Shown piece by piece: positions 1 through 12,527 of a stretch of 64,000 bases of DNA. Below the pieces are notes generated by a model, which was not told where the DNA came from, ran no database searches, and saw only the letters and a program-made list of their open reading frames with translations. This DNA comes from Leidyana gryllorum EB-2025a. Its lineage: Eukaryota > Protista > Apicomplexa. The translations under genes were made by a program, and so were the position numbers. Positions within the stretch are counted from its first letter, which is position 1, and each line of letters opens with the position of its first letter. Location: positions 1 to 64,000 of the forward strand of contig JBLWGC010000182.1 of NCBI GenBank assembly GCA_048772705.1, written 5' to 3'.

Positions 1-1138
1 ACATAAGGTAAGAGACTCACCTATTACATGTCTTGTTCTCGTACGTGATCACTTCGTGTATCTTATGCTACAACGCTGCCGTCTTACCATCTTTTGTTTT
101 AGATGATGTTGCCCATCTCAACTCGGAACCCTTTCCCGCAAATCTAACACTCATGTATCCACGATGTACATGAGGAGGGGTAGGGGGAGCTAGGGGAGGG
201 GTAGGGGCTGCCAGCCTTGGCAATGGCTTCAGGTCCACTGTCGAGGCCAGTGAGTCTCTGCGAGTGCTCAATAACTCTGTTTGCTCATCTTGAACAACCG
301 TTGAGAGACACCCAATCACCTCAGTAGACGAGACCGAAGCTGAGGAGCTGAGAATCACTCAGTGGCATGCTAACTGGGGGGCCCTGGATGCTGGTTGGGG
401 GAGGGAGCGAATGGGGGAGGGGTTAGCTGGCTGGGGAAAAAACCGAACAACCGGGGGTTCAGGCTCCATTGGCTGGAGCTCTACTCGCAATTGGGGTCGC
501 GGGGCATCCCAGTTCCTCGCAAAGTGCCGAAGCTCTTCCTCGGCTATGTGAGATGTGTGGACGATGAGGTGTGGAAACTGACTGGTGTGGGAACGTGCCA
601 GACCAGTCTGAGTGGCACGAGGTCACTCTTGGGAACATCTGGGGGGGAAGAAAGCGAGCGCGAGCGAGAAGAGGCCTTCTTGGATCTGAGAACAAAAATA
701 ACAATCCAAGTCCCACGTCTCGCACACCAAAAATCGGCAAAGGTGGCTCGTTTGGGCTGCTATCTGTTGCTTGCGAGCCGCACGGAGCTAAGTTAAGGAG
801 TCTGACGACCCTTACTCTCATGGGAAGCTAGTTTGCTGTAGCGGACGAGCCAATTGAAGTTTGGGAAGTCTCATTTTTGCAAAAATCAGGCCTTCTCGTG
901 TCTCAGAGAGCTCGAGAGAGTCGCCTATCTCCTAATCTAGCGGTGAGATTTCGCCTAAAATCTAAGCTTAACTAATCAGGCCACTACTATTCCTAAGGTA
1001 AGCGGAGAGAGCTAGTCTAGAGCTCCTAATCAAATTCCTATTTCACTAAAAGTCGTTTCTGGTACCCCCTAAGAACCCCCAAAAAAACCTACGGTAATGG
1101 TCGGGCTCACCCTTGCGGGTTTCGCCGACCTGCACAAC
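1..1138. mobile_element. Repeat element A, copy 1 (left end outside window); ends in hairpin + TGCACAAC
   Basis: Near-identical to 2939-4084 and, over its right part, to 2024-2813. All copies stop sharply at GGTCGGGCTCACCCTTGCGGGTTTCGCCGACCTGCACAAC and are followed by unrelated flanks. Confidence 0.75.
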
Positions 1139-1189
1139 GCTAATAACCCAGAAACGTATCATTTAAGCCCTCGCACTCCCAGAACCACT

Positions 1190-1790
1190 CAAAGTGTTAA
1201 ACATGTGGCAAAGAACTGGCAAGCAAGTGTAAAGCATGTGTCAAACGAGTGTCAAACAAGTGTGGAACATGTGGCAAAAAAGTGTTAAACATGTGGCGAA
1301 CAAGTCTCAACGGAGTTTCAAACAAGTGTTAAACATGTGGCAAAGAACTGGCAAGCAAGTGTAAAGCATGTGGCAAACAAGTTTCAAACGAGTGTCAAAC
1401 AAGTGTGGAACATGTGGGAAAAAAGTGTTAAACATGTGGTGAACAAGTCTCAACGGAGTTTCAAACAAGTGTTAAACATGTGGCAAAGAAGTGGCAAACA
1501 CGTGTCAAACGAGAGTCAAACAAGTGTGAAATATGTGGCAGAAAAGTGTTTAACATGTGGCGAACAAGTCTCAACTGAGTGTCAAAGAAGTATGAAAGAT
1601 GTGGCAAAGAAGTGGCAAGCAAGTGTAAAGCATGTAGCAAACAAGTGTCAAACGAGTGTCAAACAAGTAGCAAGCAAGTAGCAAACAAGTAGGAAACAGG
1701 TAGCAAACAAGTGTCAAACATGTCGCAAACAAGTCTCGAACATGTTGCAAAGGGGTATTGAAGGTGCTACAAAGAGATGTGTAACACAAG
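1190..1790. repeat. Degenerate ~11-bp minisatellite (AAACATGTGGC / AAACAAGTGTC) with higher-order blocks
   Basis: AAGTGTTAAACATGTGGCAAAGAA recurs at about 1192, 1324 and 1467 (spacings 132 and 143 = 12x11 and 13x11). Confidence 0.85.
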
Positions 1791-1851
1791 TATCATCTGG
1801 TACAAGTTGCACACTGGTGACGAACTCTGCTTTTTTGAAAAATTTGGTAAG

Positions 1852-2020
1852 GGGTTAAGGATGACGACATGAAAAATTCCGATGAATTAGTAACGGGTTA
1901 AGGATGACGACATGAAAAATTCCGATGAATTTGTAACGAGATAAGGATGACGACATCAAAAAACACCGATAAACTTGTAACGAGATAAGGGTGACGACAT
2001 CAAAAAATGTGATAAATTTC
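1852..2020. repeat. 43-bp tandem repeat, about 4 copies
   Basis: GGGTTAAGGATGACGACATGAAAAATTCCGATGAATT-like units at 1852, 1895, 1938 and 1982; one further dispersed copy near 2863. Confidence 0.9.
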
Positions 2021-2023
2021 GCT

Positions 2024-2813
2024 TAGAGACACCCAATAACCTCAGTAGACGAGAAATGCGGTAGGGGAGACTGAGAATGACTCAATGAGATGTTAGCTGG
2101 GGCGTCACTGGATGCTGGTTGGGGCAGGTAGCGAATGGGGGTCAGTTGGCTGGGATAAAAACTGCACAATGGGGAGGTGAGGCTCTGGTCGCAAAGTGGC
2201 GAAGCTCCTTGGGGGCGTTCTGGGATGTGTGGGGATGAGGTGTGGGAACTTACTTGGTGTGGGAACGTGCCAGACCAGTCTGAGTGGCACGAGGTCACGT
2301 CTTGGGAACATCTGGGGGGGAAGAAAGCGAGCGCGAGCGAGAAGAGGGCTTTTTGGATCTGAGAACAAAAATAACAGTCCAAGTCCCACGTCTCGCACAC
2401 CAAATCTTGGGAAAAGTGGCTCGTTTGGGCTGCTATCTGTTGCTTGCGAGCCGCACGAGAGCTAAATTAAGGAGTCTGACGACCCTTACATCTCGATGGG
2501 AGGCTAGTTTGCTGTAGCGAACGAGCCAATTGAAGTTTGGGAAGTCTCATTTTTGCAAAAATCAGGCCTTCTCGTGTCTCAGAGAGCTCGAGAGAGTCGC
2601 CTATCTCCTATTCTAGCGGTGAGATTTCGCCTAAAATCTGGCTGCTAACTAATCAGGCCACTACTATTCCTAAGGTAAGCGAGAGAGCTAGTCTAGAGCT
2701 CCTAATCAAATTCCTATTTCACTAAAAGTCGTTTCTGGTACCCCCTAAGAACCCCCAAAAAACCTACGGTAATGGTCGGGCTCACCCTTGCGGGTTTCGC
2801 CGACCTGCACAAC
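2024..2813. mobile_element. Repeat element A, copy 2 (left-truncated, internally deleted)
   Basis: Matches the right part of copies 1 and 3 and has the same hairpin terminus. Confidence 0.75.
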
Positions 2814-2938
2814 ATTGGTAGAATCGCGAAAATTTGCGTAAAAATTTCGATGAGACTTGAACGGGTTAAGGATGACGACAAGAAAAAACACGCAAAATAT
2901 TTGCACTGGCAGCGGCAACTGTATGAGGCATTGAAGGT

Positions 2939-4084
2939 ACATAAGGTAAGAGACTCACCTATTACATGTCTTGTTCTCGTACGTGATCACTTCGTGTATC
3001 TTATGCTACAACGCTGCCGTCTTACCATCTTTTGTTTTAGATGATGTTGCCCATCTCAACTTGGAACCCTTTCCCGCAAATCTGACACTTCATGTATCCC
3101 CGATGTACATGAGGAGGGGTAGGGGGAGCTAGGGGAGGGGTAGGGGCTGCCAGCCTTGGCAATGGCTTCAGGTCCACTGTCGAGGCCAGTGAGTCTCTGC
3201 GAGTGCTCAATAACTCTGTTTGCTCATCTTGAACAACCGTTGAGAGACACCCAATGACCTCAGTAGACGAGACCGAAGCTGAGGGAGACTGAGAATCACT
3301 CAGTGGCATGCTAACTGGGGGGCCACTGGATGCTGGTTGGGGGAGGGAGCGAATGGGGGCGGGGTTAGCTGGCTGGGGAAAAAACCGAACAACCGGGGGT
3401 TCAGGCTCCATTGGCTGGAGCTCTACTCGCAATTGGGGTCGCGGGGCATCCCAGTTCCTCGCAAAGTGCCGAAGCTCTTCCTCGGCTATGTGAGATGTGT
3501 GGGGATGAGGTGTGGGAACTTACTTGGTGTGGGAACGTGCCAGACCAGTCTGAGTGGCACGAGGTCACGTCTTGGGAACATCTGGGGGGGAAGAAAGCGA
3601 GCGCGAGCGAGAAGAGGGCTTTTTGGATCTGAGAACAAAAATAACAGTCCAAGTCCCACGTCTCGCACACCAAATCTTGGGAAAGGTGGCTCGTTTGGGC
3701 TGCTATCTGTTGCTTGCGAGCCGCACGAGAGCTAAATTAAGGAGTCTGACGACCCTTACATCTCGATGGGAGGCTAGTTTGCTGTAGCGAACGAGCCAAT
3801 TGAAGTTTGGGAAGTCTCATTTTTGCAAAAATCAGGCCTTCTCGTGTCTCAGAGAGCTCGAGAGAGTCGCCTATCTCCTATTCTAGCGGTGAGATTTCGC
3901 CTAAAATCTGGCTGCTAACTAATCAGGCCACTACTATTCCTAAGGTAAGCGAGAGAGCTAGTCTAGAGCTCCTAATCAAATTCCTATTTCACTAAAAGTC
4001 GTTTCTGGTACCCCCTAAGAACCCCCAAAAAAACCTACGGTAATGGTCGGGCTCACCCTTGCGGGTTTCGCCGACCTGCACAAC
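2939..4084. mobile_element. Repeat element A, copy 3
   Basis: Direct repeat of 1-1138 with the same hairpin terminus. Confidence 0.75.
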
Positions 4085-4260
4085 GGTGCGGACTTGATAA
4101 CCGAATTCAAACACAAGTGGAACAACAAATATCCACGGAACCCGTTCAGTCTAGGGGAAGAGGGAGGGGTGTAAGCGTGTCTCCGGGGAGACCGGCACGG
4201 ACCGGCATGGAGACACAGACACGAGTTTTTAGACACACGCACGAACTTAGACTAGAACAA
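4085..4260 (+). mobile_element. 3' remnant of an LTR retrotransposon: chromodomain-like pol tail, PPT, start of 3' LTR
   Basis: 4085-4174 reads GADLITEFKHKWNNKYPRNPFSLGEEGGV*. The purine tract AGGGGAAGAGGGAGGGG (4153-4169) is followed immediately by TGTAAG, an LTR-type TG start. Confidence 0.55.
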
Positions 4261-4267
4261 AAAGGAA

Positions 4268-6185
4268 TGGACAGAAGAACAATCGCAGGCCTTTGAAACA
4301 CTTAAGGAAGATCTAGCTCAGACTGTGATGCTCAGGCCAATTAAGGAAAGTGGAGATTTTGTCCTTCAAACGGACGCTTCAGCGAAGGGAATAGGTGCTG
4401 TGTTACTGCAAAACCAGCAAGGGGAGTTGGTCCCTCTTGAATATGCTAGCAAAACTCTCAGCCAAGCCGAGCAGAACTGGGACACACGAGAGAGGGAGGA
4501 ACTTAGATGGGCTGCGGAAGTTTGAAGGGTACATCAAATGTAGCCATACGCTAGTGCAGACTGATCATGAAAGTTTGCGGTGGATGATTGGTGCTACAAG
4601 TGGCAAAGTGCAGAGATGGGCATTGTGGCTACAGCAATTTGATCTAACGATTCAGCATATTTCAGGCGAAACCAACACCACTGCAGATTGGCTTTCAAGG
4701 AGCACCGAAGCAGACACTGCAGACCAAGAGGTGGAGACCATCGCAGTACCAATATGGTCAGTACAGGAAAGCCCGTTAGCACCCCGCATACCAACGATTG
4801 AAGAACTGCAAGGATCGTATCATACAATGACGGAGAATGAGAAAGCAAGCTGCCAACTGACGAACGAAGGAGTTTATGTATCGCCCCGAAACCTGAGTGT
4901 ATTTATCCCAGAACCTCTGCGAGAAGCTGTGGTGTGGTGGTTCCATGCATCTCGGTACGGGGGGCACAATGGGGTCAATAAAACACTCAAACGAATGAGG
5001 AAACTCGTGTTCTGGCCAGGAATGGCACAAGATGTTAGCAGGTACATCGGAGCGTGCTTAGCGTGCAAAAGGAAAGCTCCATTAACGCTTAACCGCACAT
5101 GGCAGGGATCGTTAGCCAAACCAAGGCCGCTGGAGACGGTAAGTGTGGACGTGGTCGGGCCACGGAAGTATAGATCGCGAAGTTTCTGCTACATTGTATT
5201 TATTGATCACTGCACTCGCTTCGTACAGGCCTCTGTAGTCCTTAAGGAAGCGGTGACTGCAGAGGATACCCGAAACGCCTTTGCAACACAGTGGGTAGCA
5301 TTCTTTGGAGCGCCTGCTGTAGTATTAACCGATAATGGATCCCATTTCGCGGGTGCGTTCGGTCGCTACGTGGTACAAGGGCTGAAGGCATATCACGCTT
5401 TTACAAGCCCGTATTACCCACAGGGTAACGGGATCAACGAAGCGTCTCACAAGGCGTTAGAGGCATCTATCAAAGCTGCTACGATGGATTACAGGATTGA
5501 ACTTGAGGATGCAGTGATATACTCCGTTCAGGTTCACAATGCGTGCCCGCACTCGGCTACGAACGAAAGCCCATTCAAGCTGATGATGGGCTTCGATATG
5601 GTATTCCCGGGATGGCAGCAGTATCGACGAGATACGAACGAGTCCCGCCGAGCCAGCCAAATTGCTATTGCAATTACGAGGATGATCCACGTCCAACAGA
5701 GTCGGAAAGGACCACAACCATACCCCTCTGACATGAACTTTGGAAAGGGAGACTTAGTTCTCGCCCAGCTGACTACAGGCGATATGTTGGCAGATGCGGG
5801 AGAAAGGGCACTAAAAAGCAGGTACGACGTCTTATGGAGTTTACCCGCTAGAGTGCTGGATGTGCGGGGATCACAGCTAGTACTGTACTTCTATGGGAGC
5901 GCTAGGACGGCCACGGTACCGCGCAGGCGATGTCAAAAACTGAAAGGAGAAGTTCCAGCTAGTTTAGCAAAGCTTGCGGCCCAGATAATAGCACTTGACG
6001 CCCCTCATACAAAATACCATCACTCACTGACCAAGCTCCCGGCCTGCACCTGGGACAAGATTATGGACTCGGTCCCGGAAGAGTGTCAACCTAAGATGCG
6101 GAAGAGACGACGAACTGAGCCTACTGATGGTAGTGTCACGGGGGGTGATGATCCAAAAAATGATGTTGTGTCTATTTCTGATTGA
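4268..6185 (+). pseudogene. pol: Ty3/Gypsy pol fragment (RT connection-RNase H-integrase), 5'-truncated, frameshift near 4500-4520
   Basis: WTEEQSQAFETLK, LQTDASAKGIGAVLLQ, YASKTL, TDHESL and ADWLSR (RNase H region); HASRYGGH..CLAC zinc finger; VSVDVVGP / TDNGSHF / NGINE DDE triad. RNase H precedes integrase, the Ty3/Gypsy order. Confidence 0.93.
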
Positions 6186-6481
6186 CACTACCAGCAGTAG
6201 GAGCGACGTCTTAAGGACCCAATAAATAGTTCATGGACACCGAATTAAGCAGTTTGGTCGTAGTAAAGCACCTTGTGCCCGGCCATACCCGGCCGGGGAG
6301 ACACACGTTGACACACACGCGTTTTGACTGATTGAGTGATTGAACATTGACTACCAAAAACTACGGTTAGATGATGCCAGCTACCATTCCGCCGCAACAA
6401 AAGGATTCGACCACTGAAAACCAACCGACGCATTCACCTCTGCTCGACCCAACCAGACAGGACAGTAACGGTTCACAAATC

Positions 6482-9400
6482 AAAAGGGAACCTACTCGAA
6501 AATCATAGCGACTGTGCTTCAAGGGATCTGTTCTTCAGTCCACCGCACTGTCTCAGCAGAAATACTCTGCAACCAACTCAAACCACGAGGATGACGGCGT
6601 CTCGAGTCCGAAGGCGACATTTGGAGGAGCGATCGGGACTCGAGACTGCTGAGTGGTGACGGAGACGGCGACCAGACAGCAGAAGTCACGGAGACGGAGA
6701 CGGCGACCAAACATCAGATGCAGATAGGGAGCAAACGTAGAGCAAAAACACCTCACACAGTGAGACCCACAGAACGGTTACACTCTCCACACTGCAATGA
6801 TATCAGACGAACGGCTGAGGTCGGCAGACTTCAAGACAGAACGGTCGACATATGTCAAAGTGAATCGACTCTAAAATCATAGCGACTGTGCTTCAAGGGA
6901 TCTGTTCTTCAGTCCACCGCACTGTCTCAGCAGAAATACTCTGCAACCAACTCAAACCACGAGGATGACGGCGTCTCGAGTCCGAAGGCGACATTTGGAG
7001 GAGCGATCGGGACTCGAGACTGCTGAGTGGTGACGGAGACGGCGACCAGCAGAAGTCACGGAGACGGAGACGGCGACCAAACATCAGATGCAGATAGGGA
7101 TCAAACATAGAGCCAAAAACACCTCACACAGTGAGACCCACAGAACGCTTACACTCTCCACACTGCAATGATATCAGACGAACGGCTGAGGTCGGCAGAC
7201 TTCAAGACAGAACGGTCGACATATGTCAAAGTGAATCGACTCTAAAATCATAGCGACTGTGCTTCAAGGGATCTGTTCTTCAGTCCATCGCACTGTCTCA
7301 GCAGAAATACTCTGCAACCAACGCAAACCACGAGGATGACGGCGTCTCGAGTCCGAAGGCGACATTTGGAGGAGCGAGAGGGACTCGAGACTGCTGAGTG
7401 GTGACGGAGACGGCGACCAAACATCAGATGCAGATAGGGAGCAAACGTAGAGCAAAAACACCTCACACAGTGAGACCCACAGAACGCTTACACTCTCCAC
7501 ACTGCAATGATATCAGACGAACGGCTGAGGTCGGCAGACTTCAAGACAGAACGGTCGACATATGTCAAAGGGAACCTACTCTAAAATCATAGCGACTGTG
7601 CTTCAAGGGATCTGTTCTTCAGTCCACCGCACTGTCTCAGCAGAAATACTCTGCAACCAACGCAAACCACGAGGATGACGGCGTCTCGAGTCCGAAGGCG
7701 ACATTTGGAGGAGCGATACGGACCCGAGACTGCTGAGTGGTGACGGAGACGGCGACCAGACAGCAGAAGTCACGGAGACGGAGACGGAGACGGCGACCAA
7801 ACATCAGATGCAGATAGGGATCAAACATAGAGCCAAAAACACCTCACACAGTGAGACCCACAGAACGCTTACACTCTCCACACTGCAATGATATCAGACG
7901 AACGGCTGAGGTCGGCAGACTTCAAGACAGAACGGTCGACATATGTCAAAGGGAACCTACTCTAAAATCATAGCGACTGTGCTTCAAGGGATCTGTTCTT
8001 CAGTCCACCGCACTGTCTCAGCAGAAATACTCTGCAACCAACGCAAACCACGAGGATGACGGCGTCTCGAGTCCGAAGGCGACATTTGGAGGAGCGATAC
8101 GGACCCGAGACTGCTGAGTGGTGACGGAGACGGCGACCAGACAGCAGAAGTCACGGAGACGGAGACGGAGACGGCGACCAAACATCAGATGCAGATAGGG
8201 ATCAAACATAGAGCCAAAAACACCTCACACAGTGAGACCCACAGAACGCTTACACTCTCCACACTGCAATGATATCAGACGAACGGCTGAGGTCGGCAGA
8301 CTTCAAGACAGAACGGTCGACATATGTCAAAGGGAACCTACTCGAAAATCATAGCGACTGTGCTTCAAGGGATCTGTTCTTCAGTCCACCGCACTGTCTC
8401 AGCAGAAATACTCTGCAACCAACTCAAACCACGAGGATGACGGCGTCTCGAGTCCGAAGGCGACATTTGGAGGAGCGATCGGGACTCGAGACTGCTGAGT
8501 GGTGACGGAGACGGCGACCAGACAGCAGAAGTCACGGAGACGGAGACGGCGACCAAACATCAGATGCAGATAGGGAGCAAACGTAGAGCAAAAACACCTC
8601 ACACAGTGAGACCCACAGAACGGTTACACTCTCCACACTGCAATGATATCAGACGAACGGCTGAGGTCGGCAGACTTCAAGACAGAACGGTCGACATATG
8701 TCAAAGTGAATCGACTCTAAAATCATAGCGACTGTGCTTCAAGGGATCTGTTCTTCAGTCCACCGCACTGTCTCAGCAGAAATACTCTGCAACCAACTCA
8801 AACCACGAGGATGACGGCGTCTCGAGTCCGAAGGCGACATTTGGAGGAGCGATCGGGACTCGAGACTGCTGAGTGGTGACGGAGACGGCGACCAGCAGAA
8901 GTCACGGAGACGGAGACGGCGACCAAACATCAGATGCAGATAGGGAGCAAACGTAGAGCAAAAACACCTCACACAGTGAGACCCACAGAACGGTTACACT
9001 CTCCACACTGCAATGATATCAGACGAACGGCTGAGGTCGGCAGACTTCAAGACAGAACGGTCGACATATGTCAAAGTGAATCGACTCTAAAATCATAGCG
9101 ACTGTGCTTCAAGGGATCTGTTCTTCAGTCCACCGCACTGTCTCAGCAGAAATACTCTGCAACCAACTCAAACCACGAGGATGACGGCGTCTCGAGTCCG
9201 AAGGCGACATTTGGAGGAGCGATCGGGACTCGAGACTGCTGAGTGGTGACGGAGACGGCGACCAGCAGAAGTCACGGAGACGGAGACGGAGACGGCGACC
9301 AAACATCAGATGCAGATAGGGAGCAAACGTAGAGCAAAAACACCTCACACAGTGAGACCCACAGAACGGTTACACTCTCCACACTGCAATGATATCAGAC

Positions 9401-9626
9401 GAACGGCTGAGGTCGGCAGACTTCAAGACAGAACGGTCGACATATGTCAAAGTGAATCGACTCTAAAATCATAGCGACTGTGCTTCAAGGGATCTGTTCT
9501 TCAGTCCACCGCACTGTCTCAGCAGAAATACTCTGCAACCAACTCAAACCACGAGGATGACGGCGTCTCGAGTCCGAAGGCGACATTTGGAGGAGCGATG
9601 GGGACTCGAGACTGCTGAGTGGTGAC
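6482..9626. repeat. Tandem array of ~375-bp units (8 full + 1 partial)
   Basis: CTTCAAGGGATCTG recurs at about 6517, 6891, 7262, 7601, 7982, 8363, 8737, 9107 and 9483. Length variation comes from an internal (GAGACG)n tract and a deletion in unit 3. Confidence 0.97.
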
Positions 9627-9743
9627 CAGAGAGGTCTCAAGGTAGATGGGCTGGCTTCCTACTACAGTATTTCAAGGTGAAGGACGAGAGCCCGATCGGC
9701 AAAGTGCTACAATTCGAAGTACAAACAAACCGCGACCACTGCA

Positions 9744-10790
9744 TTGAGTTTTGTTGTACTGGATTGGGGGGCGCGGGGAACGATTGCCTACTTTCGTCTG
9801 TCTGATATTAGGCCAACATACCTGAGGGCGGTCAAATGGCCTGATTCTCGATTGAACCAACCGGGTGTGCAATGGTTAAGGACCATTAACACTGTTGGGT
9901 GGTCTAAAGGAGACACCGATGAGGCAAAGCGTGTCCGGATTCTAATCTAATCTAACTCGACACTCCGAACTCTTCTTCTGTGACTCCATCGACGACATGG
10001 TGAGAGAGAGTGATGCCCATTTGCGTCTGACTGCTTGTGAGAATGAATATGTGCAAGAATTATTGGAACTGGCCAATGGTAGAGTGAGGTCGCGGTTTCC
10101 CACCTGCCCGGTGCTAATGACAATGGGCTCACGGACGACGCTTGATGTGCCAGATTTCAACCCTCGTACGGAGTTGGAATTCGAGGATTGGGTCGATAAG
10201 GCCGCGTTGAAGGTGACCCGCTCCAAGTCGAGCGTCGACAACTTCCAAGAACAATGGAGCGCCTCCTGCGAGGATATGGACTGGATGCATACGATACAGA
10301 TAATTCCCGACACAGAAACCTATGAGGATTTGGTTACAAGAGTGGCAAAGGGGATGTTTGCGACCACAGAAGCTGTGGATGAATTGGAGTGGCAATTGGA
10401 GAATCCGGGCCGTAAGAACTCGGTGCGTAGTGCCGTGGTGGCGGTGCTGAAGCTGGCGCGACGCTACATCAGGGTGGCCCTCAGGAAAGGGTATACGCCC
10501 GAGGCGCTTGCCCTCGGACCGCATCACTTGGCCCGAAGCCTTCAGCGGGCGATCCCGCTCGAAGTTGCAGCAGCCTTCCCGAAGCGAAGACTGTGGATGC
10601 TATCAACAGATCTGTATGCTGAGTTGTTGGAGATCGAAGGCCAAATCAAAGCACGAAAAGAAACTTCCCCATCTGTCAAAAGGTCGAGGGCAGGAAACGA
10701 CGTGCCTCAAGCGGTGCCGCCTAGGCGACGGAAGACTTCGTGTGGCGGATGGTGAGGAAGCTACGGACCGAAAGATTGTCCATTGCCCAC
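9744..10790 (+). pseudogene. gag: Retrotransposon gag-like pseudogene (capsid-like region + decayed zinc knuckle)
   Basis: ORF 9997-10755 has VPDFNPRTELEFEDWV, a capsid-like motif. Reading through the stop gives CGGW*GSYGPKDCP, a decayed CX2CX4HX4C. The upstream frame is broken at a TCTAA triplication near 9941-9955. Confidence 0.6.
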
Positions 10791-12527
10791 TCTGCCGCCG
10801 GCCGGAAGGAGTCCTGCGCGACAATGATGTAAATGACAATGAAAGGTGTTTCTGAAGGCACAAAACAGTGCTGACGGAAGGCACTATCCCCCAGTAGTAG
10901 AATGACGCGGACTGGAATAACGGTCCACTTTCGCTGAGCAAAGAGAACCCACATCAACTCAACCCGATAAATCCTTAGATAGGGCAGCATGACTGAGGAC
11001 AATCGGAATCAGAGCTGTGTGACAGCAGAGAATATCATTGTGGGCGAAGCAGCTACACGGTGTCTAACCCTAAGCCAACACCCGACAAAGAAAATTTGTA
11101 AAACCGCCCGTAGCCTTCCTCCCCCCCTCTCCAGACTTTCCCCCTAACACTTCACCGTCCATTGCTTCCCAAACACAATGCCAAGAAATCCTCCCGACGC
11201 CACAGAACGGTCAACTATCGGTATTGATCAATTAACCTCGCGATTCCCTTTAACATCTCGTTCTCAAGACCTGTGTGTGGATAACAGATTGTCCCTTCTC
11301 CACCACCACGAGCGTAGTCGTGTACGTGTCCAGCAGGAAACCCGCATTGTGTGTCTGCAAGACAGGAGGTGTTGGGCCTATTGTGAGGGCCGTTGCACGC
11401 GAAATATCCGAGTGTTGTAGCCGGGTCTCAAGGGGGGATATAGTATACGGATGCCTCTTCTTCTGCATCACGGGGTACGCTTCGGGTGTGACAATTATGT
11501 TAGGTGGGCTGCTATCTACCTGCGCCGGAGCGGAGCAGTTGGGTACTTAGTCGAGAAATCTAGTGGACGGGGATGGGTAGCTTTTGCGCTGTACACACAC
11601 TTTTACAAGACGGTCCTCCTGATCCCAGCAAATTTCATACTATTGAAAACGATACCTCACTGATCTGTTCGGACTGAAAACGGAAGACTCGAAGAAGAGT
11701 ACACTGTACGTTAGAGTGACTTGACGGGGCGAAGTGATATACAGTTTAGGGAGGCCGGCAACTATCTTCTCTCTACGTTGACCGACGACTGACTGATTAT
11801 GGCCATATCGGTTAGCCAAAGTCTCATTCGTCGGCCAAAGTCTCAATCGCTACTTTCTCTGAATCATCACCGTTCGCACTCGGCTGCGGTGAACTACCAT
11901 GCCCTCAGGCACGAGAGATTTCCAGGATGCGCTGTGGTGGACCTTCCAGCGACCAATCTCACCCTGGGATCATTTGTGGGGTCGAAACTTCGCGGGGGAT
12001 TGTAGCGTGATTTACAGCCGAACAGACTTTTCACTTTCAGACGGAACCAATGAGCATCGGGTATCCTAAACCCACCGACAGCCGAGAGGTCTCACGGCAT
12101 GCCATGCATGTTATGAAAGAACCAATGTCACTGCAAGCGGTGGGCATAGACGTGGTGGGTCCCTGAGAACGTACATCACGAGACTGCACTGATTTTGCTG
12201 CGAAATCGGGTGGGTTGGATGGGCAAGTTCGTCCAAGTCCGCACACCAAATTACGCCTTCAAGAACCCATACCACTCGCAGCGAACGTTCTTGGACAAAC
12301 TCGTCCCCCCCGAATGGAGGAATCGATAACGGAATCTTTCATCACATCACATCACATCACATCACAATGGCCTTTGAGGCTGCAGCACTTCAATCAGTGC
12401 ACACATTACATTGTGCGTCGATCCCGAGTACAAACTATTTGACGGAACGGGCACCCCCTTCAACGAGACACAGTCAATTACCGAAGTGTGTCAGAGACAG
12501 TAACAACGTCCATTCGAACCTGAAAAG

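Noticed and set aside
1852-2020. U6 snRNA-like AAGGATGAC and telomere-like GGGTTA
   Set aside because: No ACAGAGA box or other U6 sequence; GGGTTA is not tandemly repeated.
68-4242. Many short ORFs in element A and the minisatellite
   Set aside because: Frames are broken differently between copies and have no motifs; they are by-products of repeats.
6275-6300. 5S rRNA-like CGGCCATAC
   Set aside because: The similarity stops after about 9 nt and no internal control boxes follow.
6510-6545. Hammerhead ribozyme (CTGAAGA on the minus strand of the array unit)
   Set aside because: No stem II and no GAAA core follow it (the sequence reads ACAGATCCCTTGAAG).
6519-9348. Repeated 60-80-aa ORFs in the array
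   Set aside because: Indels that are not multiples of 3 between units change the frames, so there is no sign of coding constraint.
6482-9626. CRISPR-like array
   Set aside because: Whole units are near-identical with no unique spacers, the units are far too long, there are no cas genes, and the context is eukaryotic.
11108-11116. Dinoflagellate spliced-leader-like CCGTAGCC
   Set aside because: Only 8 nt match; the rest of the leader (ATTTTGGCTCAAG) is absent.
12037-12249. Possible integrase zinc-finger remnant (DIGSFITCMACR)
   Set aside because: The match is too short and has no flanking integrase motifs.
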